A program made the translations under genes and the position numbers. This document shows positions 9,932 through 19,626 of a DNA stretch of 64,000 bases, one piece after another. The DNA comes from Candidatus Anderseniibacteriota bacterium (GTDB lineage: Bacteria; Patescibacteriota; Andersenbacteria; UBA10190), in the NCBI GenBank assembly GCA_035288905.1, contig DATDYZ010000001.1, positions 19,172 to 83,171 on the forward strand. The letters are read 5' to 3'. The number at the start of each line of letters is the position of its first letter. The first letter of the stretch is position 1. Under the pieces are notes generated by a model. The model made no database searches and was not told where the DNA came from. It saw only the letters and a list, made by a program, of their open reading frames with translations.

Positions 9932-10387
9932 ATGTCACTATTTCAATTACCAAAAGTTACCGCAAAGAAGAAAAGCCTTGGAAGAGGACATGCTCGAAAT
10001 GGTGGGAAATCTGGTCGTGGTCAAAAAGGGCAAAAGTCCCGTGCGGGGTACAGCTCAAAGGCAGGATTTGAAGGTGGACAGACTCCTATCTATATGCGGT
10101 TTCCAAAAAATCGTGGAAGCAAGCAAATTAATCCATCCCAAATCGTAAAACCTATTGCTATTACGTTAGGCGTTCTTCGTGCATTTGAAGCAGGAAGTAT
10201 TGTAGGCCCGGGGCAATTGAAAAAACGAGGATACCTTGCAAGTCATATTGATACGGTAAAGCTTATCGGAACTGGCAAGCTTGAAGGCGCATATACGGTG
10301 CGTGTACATGGCGTAACTGCTGGCGCTAGAGCCGCTGTGGAAACTGCAGGTGGTAAAATAGAGCTTATCGCTACTATAAATGGTTGA
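9932..10387 (+). CDS. rplO: 50S ribosomal protein L15
   Basis: GRGQKGQKSR, GFEGGQTP; directly follows rpsE with no rpmD. Confidence 0.97.
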   Translation: MSLFQLPKVTAKKKSLGRGHARNGGKSGRGQKGQKSRAGYSSKAGFEGGQTPIYMRFPKNRGSKQINPSQIVKPIAITLGVLRAFEAGSIVGPGQLKKRGYLASHIDTVKLIGTGKLEGAYTVRVHGVTAGARAAVETAGGKIELIATING

Positions 10388-11672
10388 TTTTAAAAAATTC
10401 GCAGCAATTATACGCGTACCAGAACTTCGCAAGAAGCTTTTTATGGTACTTTGGCTTATTCTTGTATTCCGTATTGCGGCCATTGTTCCAGTTCCGGGAA
10501 TTCCGCGAGAAAGCTTAGCGCAGATTTTTTCTGGTAATCAGCTTTTTGGTTTACTTGATATATTTTCAGGAGGAGGCCTTTCCCGGCTTTCTGTTGTCAT
10601 GCTTGGGCTTGGTCCGTATATTACGGCCTCAATCGTTATACAACTTTCTACGATGATCTTCCCGAGGTTGGAAGAGATGCAAAAGGAAGAAGGGGAAGCA
10701 GGCAGGCGCAAACTTTCTCAGTGGACACGTCTGTTGGCTGTTCCGTTTGCTGCAATTCAAGGATTTGGATTTTTAAATATTTTACAGCGCGGTGGAGGTG
10801 CTGGTGGCCCAACGCTTACGTTTACTCCGTGGGAAATGATTATGACTCTTATTGCAATTATTGCAGGAACAATATTCCTTATGTGGCTGGGAGAACTTAT
10901 GACCAAGCAAGGATTTGGAAACGGAATATCTCTTATTATTTTTATTGGTATTATTGGACGTTTGCCAGAGGCTATCTTTCAAATTTTAGCAACATTTACA
11001 GCCGATCAGCTATTTACGTATGCTGCATTTTTGGTTGCTTCCGTAGTTGTTATTGCTGGAGTCGTAGTTGTGACGGAAGGTCAGAGGGCAATTCCTATCA
11101 GCTATGCAAAGCAGGTACGAGGCAATAGGATGCTCGGAGGTACTTCAACTCATCTTCCGCTTCGGGTAAACCAAGCAGGAGTGATGCCGATTATTTTTGC
11201 GCTTTCGGTGATGCTGTTTCCCGGAATTATCGCAAACTTTTTCGTTGCATCAAGTAATACCGTGGTTGTTTCTGTTTCGCAGTTTGTTGTTCAGTTGTTT
11301 CAGAATCAATTGTTTTACGGTGCAGTATACTTTGTGCTTGTTGTAGTGTTTACCTATTTTTATACATCTGTAACGTTTGATCCTGCTCAAATTTCAGAGA
11401 ACGTTCAAAAACAGGGCGGGTTTATTCCCGGTATTCGACCTGGTCGTCAAACTATGCTGTATCTTCAGTACGTAGTGCGAAGGATTACGCTTGCAGGTGC
11501 AATATTTTTGGGTGCTATTGCCGTACTGCCGCTTATAGTGCAGGCGTTTTCTGGATTAACTACCCTTACTATTGGTGGTACTGCTCTCTTGATTGTTGTA
11601 TCTGTTGTACTTGAAACATTAAAGCAAATTGAATCGCAGCTTACCATGCGCGAATACGAAGGATTCCTATGA
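10380..11672 (+). CDS. secY: Preprotein translocase subunit SecY
   Basis: LGLGPYITASI, GNGISLIIF, GGFIPGIRPG. Confidence 0.98.
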   Translation: MVDFKKFAAIIRVPELRKKLFMVLWLILVFRIAAIVPVPGIPRESLAQIFSGNQLFGLLDIFSGGGLSRLSVVMLGLGPYITASIVIQLSTMIFPRLEEMQKEEGEAGRRKLSQWTRLLAVPFAAIQGFGFLNILQRGGGAGGPTLTFTPWEMIMTLIAIIAGTIFLMWLGELMTKQGFGNGISLIIFIGIIGRLPEAIFQILATFTADQLFTYAAFLVASVVVIAGVVVVTEGQRAIPISYAKQVRGNRMLGGTSTHLPLRVNQAGVMPIIFALSVMLFPGIIANFFVASSNTVVVSVSQFVVQLFQNQLFYGAVYFVLVVVFTYFYTSVTFDPAQISENVQKQGGFIPGIRPGRQTMLYLQYVVRRITLAGAIFLGAIAVLPLIVQAFSGLTTLTIGGTALLIVVSVVLETLKQIESQLTMREYEGFL

Positions 11673-12337
11673 AACTCCCAAAAGTTATTTATGTAATGGG
11701 AATGCCCGGCTCTGGCAAAGGAACACAAGCGGAACTGCTGTCGCATGATATCCGATATAACCAATTTAGTACGGGAAGTGCATTTCGTAGAATTGCACGC
11801 GAAGACTCTGATCTTGGGAGAAAGATGAAACACTTTGTAGATAACGGCTTTCTAACTCCTTCAGACATCGCTGCGCAGGTGGTCTTACAAGCAATCCATG
11901 AACTTATTACAGAAGGGGAAGGAATTGTATTTGATGGTACTCCGCGGACTCTGGAAGAAGCTCAAACGGTCAACTCTCGCCTTCTAGAAGAAGGGTATGG
12001 GGTTCCGCTTGTCATTTACCTTGAAGTAGATAAAGAAACAATGATCGAACGTAATAGTAAGCGCAGACTCTGTTTGGGTGTTGAAAAAGAATTTCCTGTC
12101 ACAACTCATAAAGATGAAATAGTATGCGCACGGCTCGGTGGAAATGTAGGCACTCGTCCTGATGATGAAAAAGAAAAATTTACGACTCGGTATAATCAAT
12201 TTATGGAACTTACGTATCCTGTTATTGTGGCTCATAAAGAAAAACACCCTGAACTCTTTTATCGAGTAAATGGATTACTCGAACCTCATCAAGTACATGC
12301 CTTGGTTATGGATATTACCAAGCAATTTGAAATGTAA
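11669..12337 (+). CDS. adk: Adenylate kinase family NMP kinase
   Basis: GMPGSGKGTQA P-loop, DGTPRT; position after secY. Confidence 0.9.
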   Translation: MKLPKVIYVMGMPGSGKGTQAELLSHDIRYNQFSTGSAFRRIAREDSDLGRKMKHFVDNGFLTPSDIAAQVVLQAIHELITEGEGIVFDGTPRTLEEAQTVNSRLLEEGYGVPLVIYLEVDKETMIERNSKRRLCLGVEKEFPVTTHKDEIVCARLGGNVGTRPDDEKEKFTTRYNQFMELTYPVIVAHKEKHPELFYRVNGLLEPHQVHALVMDITKQFEM

Positions 12338-12347
12338 AAAATTGAGT

Positions 12348-13106
12348 ATGGTTTCACTCAAAACTTCGCAAGAAATTGAACTCCTTGCAGAGGCGGGTGC
12401 GCTCTTAGGGGCGATACTTGATGTACTTACCAAAAAAGCAGCGGTAGGAGTGACGGGGACAGAATTAAATACCGTAGCTCACGATATGATGCAGCAAGCA
12501 GGCGCAATCCCTGTATTTTTAGGCTACGGCAAACCACCATATCCCGCAGCTATTTGTGTGTCCGTAAACGATCAAGTCGTTCATGGAATTCCAAATGATA
12601 TTCCATTTCAAGATGGGGATATAGTAAGCATAGACGCAGGACTTTCGCTGCATGGCTTAATTGTAGATAGCGCTCGAACTGTTGGCGTAGGCCATCTCAC
12701 TCCTATACAAAAAAAGCTTATGAACGTCACTAAGCAAGCGCTTGCAATTGGCATAGAACAAGCTCAAGTTGGAAACAGAACGGGAGACATTGGCTATGCC
12801 GTGCAATCATATGTCGAAAAAGAAGGATTTGAAGTTGTTCGTGCTTTAGTTGGCCATGGGGTAGGCCATGAATTGCACGAAGAACCACAAGTGCCCAACT
12901 TCGGATCAAAAGGGGCAGGTACGTTACTTACAGAGGGCATGGTACTAGCAATTGAGCCGATGGTAACGCAAGGCAGTCCCCATGTTACTACTTCTCCTGA
13001 TAAATGGAGTATTATTGCAGTCTCGGGAAAAGCATCTGCACACGAAGAACATACGATTGCAATTACAAAACAAGGGCCGAGGATCCTTACTATCGGAAAT
13101 GCATAA
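12348..13106 (+). CDS. map: Methionine aminopeptidase type I
   Basis: VVHGIP, GHGVGHELHEEP, AIEPM, AHEEHT. Confidence 0.97.
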   Translation: MVSLKTSQEIELLAEAGALLGAILDVLTKKAAVGVTGTELNTVAHDMMQQAGAIPVFLGYGKPPYPAAICVSVNDQVVHGIPNDIPFQDGDIVSIDAGLSLHGLIVDSARTVGVGHLTPIQKKLMNVTKQALAIGIEQAQVGNRTGDIGYAVQSYVEKEGFEVVRALVGHGVGHELHEEPQVPNFGSKGAGTLLTEGMVLAIEPMVTQGSPHVTTSPDKWSIIAVSGKASAHEEHTIAITKQGPRILTIGNA

Positions 13107-13632
13107 AATACCCACTAACGTCACCCCCTCCAGCTCCCCCTTGGTAAGGGGGAGAGGCGTCATTGCGTTAGACATCGGGAATCGTTATATTGGCGTTGCG
13201 GCTGCCGACCATGTGGATGCCTCGCTGGCGTATCGCTACACAACTATTGATCGTAAAACACAAGACGCACGAACAGTGCTTGCGGACATTATTACAAAAG
13301 AATCTATTGATACACTTGTGCTTGGTGTGCCGTATCATATACAAGATGGGAGTGAAACGCAGCAGACTAAAAAAACTCGTCAGTTTATAGCGTTACTAAA
13401 AAAAACATTTGACCCTGCTATTTCATACATTGAAGTTGATGAGACATTAACGTCTATGCAAGCAAAAGAAAATTTACAACACGAAGAATCGGATACGAAA
13501 GAAGAGCATGCAGAAGCCGCGCGTATTATGTTGCAAGAATTTCTTAGTTCCGCGACTGTCATGCCGGACTTGATCCGGCATCCAGGCGACGTGGATCCTT
13601 ACGTCAAGCCCGGGATGACAATGCTGTTATGA
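13099..13632 (+). CDS. ruvX: YqgF/RuvX family RNase H-fold nuclease with repeat-derived N- and C-termini
   Basis: IALDIG..YIGVA, VLGVP, VDETLTS, AARIMLQEFL. Confidence 0.88.
   Translation: MHKIPTNVTPSSSPLVRGRGVIALDIGNRYIGVAAADHVDASLAYRYTTIDRKTQDARTVLADIITKESIDTLVLGVPYHIQDGSETQQTKKTRQFIALLKKTFDPAISYIEVDETLTSMQAKENLQHEESDTKEEHAEAARIMLQEFLSSATVMPDLIRHPGDVDPYVKPGMTMLL
13122..13157 (+). repeat. CCCTC-type palindromic element (family B, single arm) in ruvX 5' end
   Basis: CACCCCCTCCAGCTCCCCCTTGGTAAGGGGGAGAGG; closely matches 59607-59643. Confidence 0.8.
13557..13620. repeat. Family A element in frame in ruvX 3' end
   Basis: TGTCATGCCGGACTTGATCCGGCATCCA...GGGATGACA encodes VMPDLIRHPGDVDPYVKPGMT. 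Confidence 0.85.
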
Positions 13633-14444
13633 CAAATATCAATACATATCTATCAAATATTCGAGAACGGGTTGATCAAGAACTTGATCGTTTACTTCCG
13701 CGTGCAGATGACTCTCCAAAGCGACTTCATGAGGCTATGCGATATAGCGTATTTGCGGGAGGAAGGCGTTTTCGACCAGCGCTGTGTATTGCGTCGTGTG
13801 AGGCAGTTGGTGGTACGTTTGAACAAGTGTTACTTGCCGCATGTGCAATTGAAGTATTACACACGTATACGTTAATTCATGATGACCTGCCAGCCATGGA
13901 CGATGATGATATGCGTCGTGGAAAGCCCTCAAGCCATAAAGCATTTGATGAGGGCACCGCAATACTTGCCGGCGATGCCTTACTTACGATTGCTTTTGAA
14001 TGGCTCGGGAAAACAGGCAATGCACGACTGGTACAAGAATTAGCGCAAGCAACAGGAAGTCTTGGAACAATAGGTGGACAAGCGGACGACCTTGATGCAA
14101 AAAATACGAGTATCTCTCAAGAAGCCGTACTGTCTATTCATGAAAGAAAGACAGCCGCTCTGTTTCGCGCTTCGTGTAGAATGGGCGGGATCACGGCAGA
14201 TGCATCAGGAAAACAAATAGACATGCTCGGGCAATTTGGCGAGCATCTTGGTATCGCATTCCAATTATTAGATGATATATGCGATACTGATCCAATTACT
14301 ATGAACGCGTATAGCAAAGATGAAGTTATATTGCTTGTGAAAAAATACGAGCAGTTATCGTACGATGCACTGAAAAAAATAAAAGGCGATACTTCGCAGA
14401 TGCAAGCACTTGCTCGTCATACATATGCATCTTTTAATATATGA
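13629..14444 (+). CDS. ispA: Trans-polyprenyl (farnesyl/geranylgeranyl) diphosphate synthase
   Basis: GGRRFRP, LIHDDLPAMDDDDMRRGKP, FQLLDD. Confidence 0.9.
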   Translation: MTNINTYLSNIRERVDQELDRLLPRADDSPKRLHEAMRYSVFAGGRRFRPALCIASCEAVGGTFEQVLLAACAIEVLHTYTLIHDDLPAMDDDDMRRGKPSSHKAFDEGTAILAGDALLTIAFEWLGKTGNARLVQELAQATGSLGTIGGQADDLDAKNTSISQEAVLSIHERKTAALFRASCRMGGITADASGKQIDMLGQFGEHLGIAFQLLDDICDTDPITMNAYSKDEVILLVKKYEQLSYDALKKIKGDTSQMQALARHTYASFNI

Positions 14445-15139
14445 CCGAGAATATTCCAACGCATATTGCTATTATTCCTGATGGCAACAGGAGGTGGGCC
14501 ACGTCAAATTCAGCATCCGCTTTAGATGGACATACACAGGGAGCTGAAGTGATGCGGACTATCATGCCCCATGCAGCAGATGCGGGGGTGAAGTATGTTT
14601 CCGTATGGGGAATGTCACTCGATAACTTTACAAAACGAAGCTTGGGTGAAGTTGCTGGCCTGTTGGCACTGTTTCGATCAGAGTTTCTTGACCTCGCTAC
14701 AAGTAACGATATTCACTCACGGGAGGTCAGAATAAACGTCATTGGGCGTTGGAAAGAAAAGTTTCCACTGCCCGTGAGGAATGCAGTGCAAAAAGCAATT
14801 GATGCCACCAGCCACTACACTAATCATTATATGAATTTTTTTCTGGCATACGACGGCGTAGACGAAATGACGCAGGCAATTCAAAGCATTATTGCAAGTG
14901 GAGTGCACACCGTAACACCGGAAATTATTAAGCAGCATTTATTCACAAAAGATTTGCCACCTGTTGATTTAATCGTTCGCACAGGCGGAGAACCGCATTT
15001 ATCCGCAGGGTTTATGATGTGGGATGTAACCGATTCGCAGTTATGGTTTACCGAAAAATTGTGGCCGTCATTTACGACTACAGATTTAGACGATGCAATT
15101 ACAGAATACGCAAAAAGACAAAGAAGAAAAGGCGCATAG
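14441..15139 (+). CDS. uppS: Undecaprenyl diphosphate synthase (cis-prenyltransferase)
   Basis: HIAIIPDGNRRWA, DLIVRTGGE.HLS.F. Confidence 0.95.
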   Translation: MTENIPTHIAIIPDGNRRWATSNSASALDGHTQGAEVMRTIMPHAADAGVKYVSVWGMSLDNFTKRSLGEVAGLLALFRSEFLDLATSNDIHSREVRINVIGRWKEKFPLPVRNAVQKAIDATSHYTNHYMNFFLAYDGVDEMTQAIQSIIASGVHTVTPEIIKQHLFTKDLPPVDLIVRTGGEPHLSAGFMMWDVTDSQLWFTEKLWPSFTTTDLDDAITEYAKRQRRKGA

Positions 15140-15457
15140 TAGTGTTCCCCTCTCCCCAATTGGGGAGAGGGTTAGGGTGAGGGCAACATCGATGCAATGC
15201 TCTGCACTACTCCATTAATATTTTTCATCACCTCATCATTCGTAAACCTCACAACTCGTATACCGCACGCATTTAGATATGTAGTACGTTCTGTATCATA
15301 TGCTTGTCCTTTCGTCGCACGGGTGTTGATCGTGCTCTGTTATGTAATACTCCCACAATCATATTCTACACCCAAGTCATATTCCTCTTGGGTTGCCCTC
15401 ACCCTCCCGCCTGTTGGCGAGGAGCCCTCTCCCCAATTGGGGAGAGGGGAACGCTAC
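15139..15457. mobile_element. Family B element: inverted palindromic arms enclosing a DUF559 remnant
   Basis: Left arm GTAGTGTTCCCCTCTCCCCAATTGGGGAGAGGG is the near-perfect reverse complement of right arm CCCTCTCCCCAATTGGGGAGAGGGGAACGCTAC. Confidence 0.8.
15172..15362 (-). pseudogene. Internally deleted DUF559 (Vsr-like/YcjD) endonuclease
   Basis: Manual minus-strand translation gives GQAYDTERTTYLNACGIRVVRFTNDEVMKNINGVVQSIASMLPSP*, matching the DUF559 C-terminus. A short N-terminus (MIVGVLHNRARSTPVRRK) is in another frame; the catalytic core is absent. Confidence 0.8.
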
Positions 15458-15505
15458 TTTGTAACTTATCCACAATATATTATTAGGGTGTGGTATAATT
15501 ATTTC

Positions 15506-18500
15506 ATGATTAAATTCTTTACATATTTATTTGTTGTATTAAGTTTTTTTGGTGGAACTGTTGCGAATGCACAAGGGCCGTTTGGCAATCGTAGCGGTGC
15601 TGATCTTGACAACGCGTTAAACTCAGATGAAGGGTCATACTCTCCTCCTGCTATTTATATTAGAAATACGAAGGTAAATCCTGCCGATGCTTCGGGTAAG
15701 CTTACTGGTACGTTTACCATGATCAATAAAGATGATGAGACACTCGGAGATTTACGGTACCGCATTGAGCTCCTAGAAACATTGCCACCTGCCGAAAAGA
15801 ACACCTTTGTGTGGGATACTGGCCGCATGTTTGATACATACCTTTCTTCAGAAATATTTGCGCTTACTCCGGGAGAAGAGAAAAATATTTCGTTTACATA
15901 TACTCCCGCCAGTGTTCCTGCAGGAAACTATCGTTTGCAGATTCAGAGCACCACTTCACAGGGGAAGGATTTGGGTTGGGATACCGTACCTGTTACGTTG
16001 CAAGGAAGCGTTACGCAGTTTGTTGATCTTGTACCGGGGACTATTTTACTTCCGGAATTTCCGAATGAACTCATTCCACCGCTGTCTGGTCCAAACGTTT
16101 CCCCTAGTAGTCCTTTTACATTGCGCGCAACTGCAACAAACCCGGGGAATGCTTCTGTCACTGTTACTCCTACTGTTACGGTGTATGACTTTGCAACCTC
16201 AGGAGAAATTGTAAGTACACAGCCTATTGCTAACGTTGAACTTGTGCCTGGTAAAGCAACCGAACTGAGTATTCCTGTTACGGCAAGCGCTACTCCGGGT
16301 GTGTATTATGCAGTGCTTAGCTTGAATTCTGCGAACACAAGAGTTTCTGCGTTAGCAGAATATAGATGGGTAGTTCGAGGGGGTTCCGGAAAAATATTGT
16401 CAGCGAGAATTAAACAATTGCAAACAAAAGCAAACGAGAAAGTTTCTGTATCTGTAGAATATGCCGGCCCTGCAGACGCAGAGACGGAGATACAGGGCAA
16501 GATGACCATTGAAGTTGTAGATACACAAGGTGTTGCGGGAACATTTCAAGTTCCTGAAACGTTGGAACTTTCAGACGGTATTGGTGGCGGAGTTGCAGGA
16601 GTTACGCTTACGCGCGACCTTACCGGAGCTCCTGGTCTTCGCGTAACGCTTACTGATATACATGGAGCGGTACTGGATGTATATGAAGTAGCAATTCCTC
16701 TTTCCGGAGAACAATTACAGACGCTTGCGCAAGAAAATAAAGATATTGTCGCCAGTATAGCCAAGAGCAAAAGTTCTGTTTTATATATCCTTCTCGGTTC
16801 TGTTATACTCGGTGTATTTGCTCTTGTTCTCTATTTGCAGAAGAAAGGAGCCGCTGCGGCAACTGTTCTTGGGCTTTTCCTTGTCATCGCAGCTACGCTT
16901 AATGTGGCTCACGGTCAAAGCGGTGCTGGTAATGGGGTTGGTATTGAAGTTATAAGCCCAAAGATATTTTCTGGCGCTGGGGATAACGGATATGGCGGAT
17001 TGTGGGAGGCGGAGCCGAGCTTAACCGGCAAACCTCTTGTAGAAGTATTTATTAATAGTCCTGATCACGATGCTCCAGGTGGAACGTATGAAATGGATGC
17101 TGTTCTGTTTGGGTATCGGATAGAATATGGTGCTTGTGGAAATACTCCCCCAGAAGCATGGTTGAAGGTGCGCTTTGATCGCAATGGAGGAAAGCATAGT
17201 GACTTATTAGGTTCTGGTACGCCTAACTGGTTTCAGATTATTGACTTAAAATGGACGAACGGTTGTCAGTTTTCGTGGCAGTATTGTCTCCGTTCGGCTC
17301 AAGGGGAAGCGTTGCTGGATCTTTCTTCCTTGTCTCAAGCTGCGACAAGTACGACACTTCAAATAGGTTCATTCTGGGAGAACTTTGATGCAAGTGATGA
17401 AAGTTGTATTACGGGGCATTGCATTCCTGCTACTCCTTCGTTTACCCTCAGCGATTGGTTTGTAGTAAATCGCCATGCGCATATTGTGAACATGTGGATA
17501 AATCCGGTCGCAGTAGCACTACCCCCAAGTGTTGATCTTAAAATTAATGGTTCCGATAATCCTGCAGACGTGGTGGTGAATACAGGAATCACGCTTTCGT
17601 GGACTTCTTCACAAGTAAGCAGTTGTACAGCAACGATTGATTGGACTGGAGCAAAGCCAACGGCAGGTACGGGGAGCGCTACACCTACTCAGGTGAGAAC
17701 CTATACATACACCATTACATGCAGCGGTATTTCAGGCACAGCTACCGACACGGTAAGTATAAATTCTATAGCTGCTCCTCAAGTGGTAACGGTTGATCTT
17801 AAAATTAACGGTACTGATAGCCCTCCGAACGTAGCTTTGGGCAACTCAATCACCTTGTCGTGGACGGCTTCTGCAAATGCAAATACATGTGCTGCTACTG
17901 GTGATTGGGGCGGGTCAAAGAGTGTACCTACGGGGTCTCAAATAGATACTCCAGCACAGGCAAGAACATATACGTATGCAATTACGTGTACAAATACTGC
18001 CAGTGGTGCTACGGGTACAGATACGGTGAATATTGTGGTGGATGCGCCTAGCGGTGTTCCTATAGCAATCGCGAAGATGAGTATTGATGGAATAACGTAT
18101 AGTAACAGCATCACTGTTACGCAAAATGTTCCTTATACGATCTACCTTACTGCCGGAGAACATGGGAATCCTCCCGGAAGCTCTGATCCAGATGGGTGGG
18201 ATCATCCTCTGGCGGGAGTGTCTGAGGGTGGTAATATTAAATGGAATTCTGATCTTAATTTAGGTGCAGCTACGTTTGAAACAACGTATTCAAATCCTCA
18301 ATTTCCTACCGACGCTGATATGAACCTTGGGCAGAAGACATTTACACTTGCTCCAAGTGGTTCTCCGTATACATATAATTTGCTGCAGATAACGGATGCT
18401 ACTGGTAATGTGTCTCCTATCGGAACTGTCAATGTCACGGTTGTGTCTGCAACTCCATCACCAAGCCCTAGCCCGAGTCCATCATTTAATCCGGGCGGAG

Positions 18501-18520
18501 GATTTGAAGAAACAAGATAA
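15506..18520 (+). CDS. Large cell-surface protein with Ig/PKD-like domains and a central TM hairpin
   Basis: Signal peptide MIKFF...ANA-Q; two adjacent hydrophobic helices; two 87-aa VDLKING...ITLSW...TYTY.ITC repeats (17531, 17792); PS-rich tail. TATAAT lies 6 nt before ATG 15506. Confidence 0.85.
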   Translation: MIKFFTYLFVVLSFFGGTVANAQGPFGNRSGADLDNALNSDEGSYSPPAIYIRNTKVNPADASGKLTGTFTMINKDDETLGDLRYRIELLETLPPAEKNTFVWDTGRMFDTYLSSEIFALTPGEEKNISFTYTPASVPAGNYRLQIQSTTSQGKDLGWDTVPVTLQGSVTQFVDLVPGTILLPEFPNELIPPLSGPNVSPSSPFTLRATATNPGNASVTVTPTVTVYDFATSGEIVSTQPIANVELVPGKATELSIPVTASATPGVYYAVLSLNSANTRVSALAEYRWVVRGGSGKILSARIKQLQTKANEKVSVSVEYAGPADAETEIQGKMTIEVVDTQGVAGTFQVPETLELSDGIGGGVAGVTLTRDLTGAPGLRVTLTDIHGAVLDVYEVAIPLSGEQLQTLAQENKDIVASIAKSKSSVLYILLGSVILGVFALVLYLQKKGAAAATVLGLFLVIAATLNVAHGQSGAGNGVGIEVISPKIFSGAGDNGYGGLWEAEPSLTGKPLVEVFINSPDHDAPGGTYEMDAVLFGYRIEYGACGNTPPEAWLKVRFDRNGGKHSDLLGSGTPNWFQIIDLKWTNGCQFSWQYCLRSAQGEALLDLSSLSQAATSTTLQIGSFWENFDASDESCITGHCIPATPSFTLSDWFVVNRHAHIVNMWINPVAVALPPSVDLKINGSDNPADVVVNTGITLSWTSSQVSSCTATIDWTGAKPTAGTGSATPTQVRTYTYTITCSGISGTATDTVSINSIAAPQVVTVDLKINGTDSPPNVALGNSITLSWTASANANTCAATGDWGGSKSVPTGSQIDTPAQARTYTYAITCTNTASGATGTDTVNIVVDAPSGVPIAIAKMSIDGITYSNSITVTQNVPYTIYLTAGEHGNPPGSSDPDGWDHPLAGVSEGGNIKWNSDLNLGAATFETTYSNPQFPTDADMNLGQKTFTLAPSGSPYTYNLLQITDATGNVSPIGTVNVTVVSATPSPSPSPSPSFNPGGGFEETR

Positions 18521-18530
18521 CAATTTGTAC

Positions 18531-18594
18531 TGTCATCCCGGGCTTGACCCGGGATCCAGGCGACGTGGATGCCGGCTCGGGGGCCGGCATGACA
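18531..18594. repeat. Family A element between convergent genes
   Basis: TGTCATCCCGGGCTTGACCCGGGATCCA...GGATGCCGGCTCGGGGGCCGGCATGACA. Confidence 0.9.
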
Positions 18595-19626
18595 CTACAG
18601 AATCGTTTCGGGTAAACTTTGCTCTCGCAAGAACACCGCGGCGTCTTCTGGTAGCATGGTATTTATCTCTATTCCCGTTCCTAGTTCAAAACCTGCATAC
18701 GTAGAAAGACGAGGCATAATGGCGATGTGCCAGCGAAAATGTTGAAAGAGGCTTTTGTCGCATACAAACCCCGTTTCATCACATGGCGCAGAATGAATGT
18801 AGTAGTTATACGGCGGATCATTCAGCCCGGTATACATTTTGCCAAGTACTTGCTGGAGTGCCTGTGCAAGTGCGCTGCGCTCTGATGGGCCAATATCTTC
18901 AAAAAACGGATTAGACTGCCTTGGCATAATCCATGTTTCAAACGGTACTCGGGAAGCGTATGGGCAAAATGCTGTAAAATATTCATTTTCAAAGACTATT
19001 CTTTTTTTATGTTCACGTTCATAATCCAGGATTATAGTAAACGCTTTTTCTCCGTGCTTTTTTGCGTATCTTTCTGTTCCGTGAAGCAAATCTGCAATAT
19101 CGCTGGGGAGTACAGGGACGGAAAATATTTGGTGATGAGGATGTTCGAGCGAGGCACCCGCTTCTCTTCCGTGATTTTTAATGATTTGAATATAGTTTAC
19201 GGCAGGTAATGATTTGAGCTGGCGATACCGAAGCACAAGCGCTTCTAGTTCTAGTTCAATAATGTGCTGATCTACGGTCGCATCGTTTTGATTGTGGTAG
19301 CGGGTGGCAAGTAATTCATGGTGACCCACAGCATTGGTTGCAAGGTACGGACCTTCTTTCCATGAACGAAATTCTTCGCTTGGTATAAATGCAGGGTATT
19401 TGTTTTGGAATATATGCATCTGCCACGTAGCGTCCGCGTCGGGAAGTCGCAAAATATCTGGTTCTTGCGGAAACTTTGCCAGGTTGCAAAACGGACAATC
19501 ATTTTTGTATCGTTCTTGGGAATGGCGAAGAGATTTTTCTTTCGAAAAAGAATCAGGCCGTTTTGCACGCTCTGTAGCAATAGCGACCCATTTTTCCGTT
19601 ATAGGGTTTTGGCGAAGCTCACCCAT
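18595..19626 (-). CDS. galT: Galactose-1-phosphate uridylyltransferase (GalT/HIT family)
   Basis: WVAIATERAKRP, CPFC, NKYPA, GASLEHPHHQ. Confidence 0.92.
   Translation of the reverse strand: MGELRQNPITEKWVAIATERAKRPDSFSKEKSLRHSQERYKNDCPFCNLAKFPQEPDILRLPDADATWQMHIFQNKYPAFIPSEEFRSWKEGPYLATNAVGHHELLATRYHNQNDATVDQHIIELELEALVLRYRQLKSLPAVNYIQIIKNHGREAGASLEHPHHQIFSVPVLPSDIADLLHGTERYAKKHGEKAFTIILDYEREHKKRIVFENEYFTAFCPYASRVPFETWIMPRQSNPFFEDIGPSERSALAQALQQVLGKMYTGLNDPPYNYYIHSAPCDETGFVCDKSLFQHFRWHIAIMPRLSTYAGFELGTGIEINTMLPEDAAVFLREQSLPETIL

Noticed and set aside
15466-15474. DnaA box TTATCCACA as a possible oriC
   Set aside because: A single box, with no cluster, unwinding element or dnaA/dnaN nearby; at most regulatory.
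15197-15505. 103-aa N-terminal extension of the 1107-aa ORF
   Set aside because: It reads through the antisense DUF559 remnant and a repeat arm. The signal peptide and -10 box point to ATG 15506.
17288-17308. Possible family D element (LRSAQGE) in the surface protein
   Set aside because: The match is short and degenerate, and could be chance.
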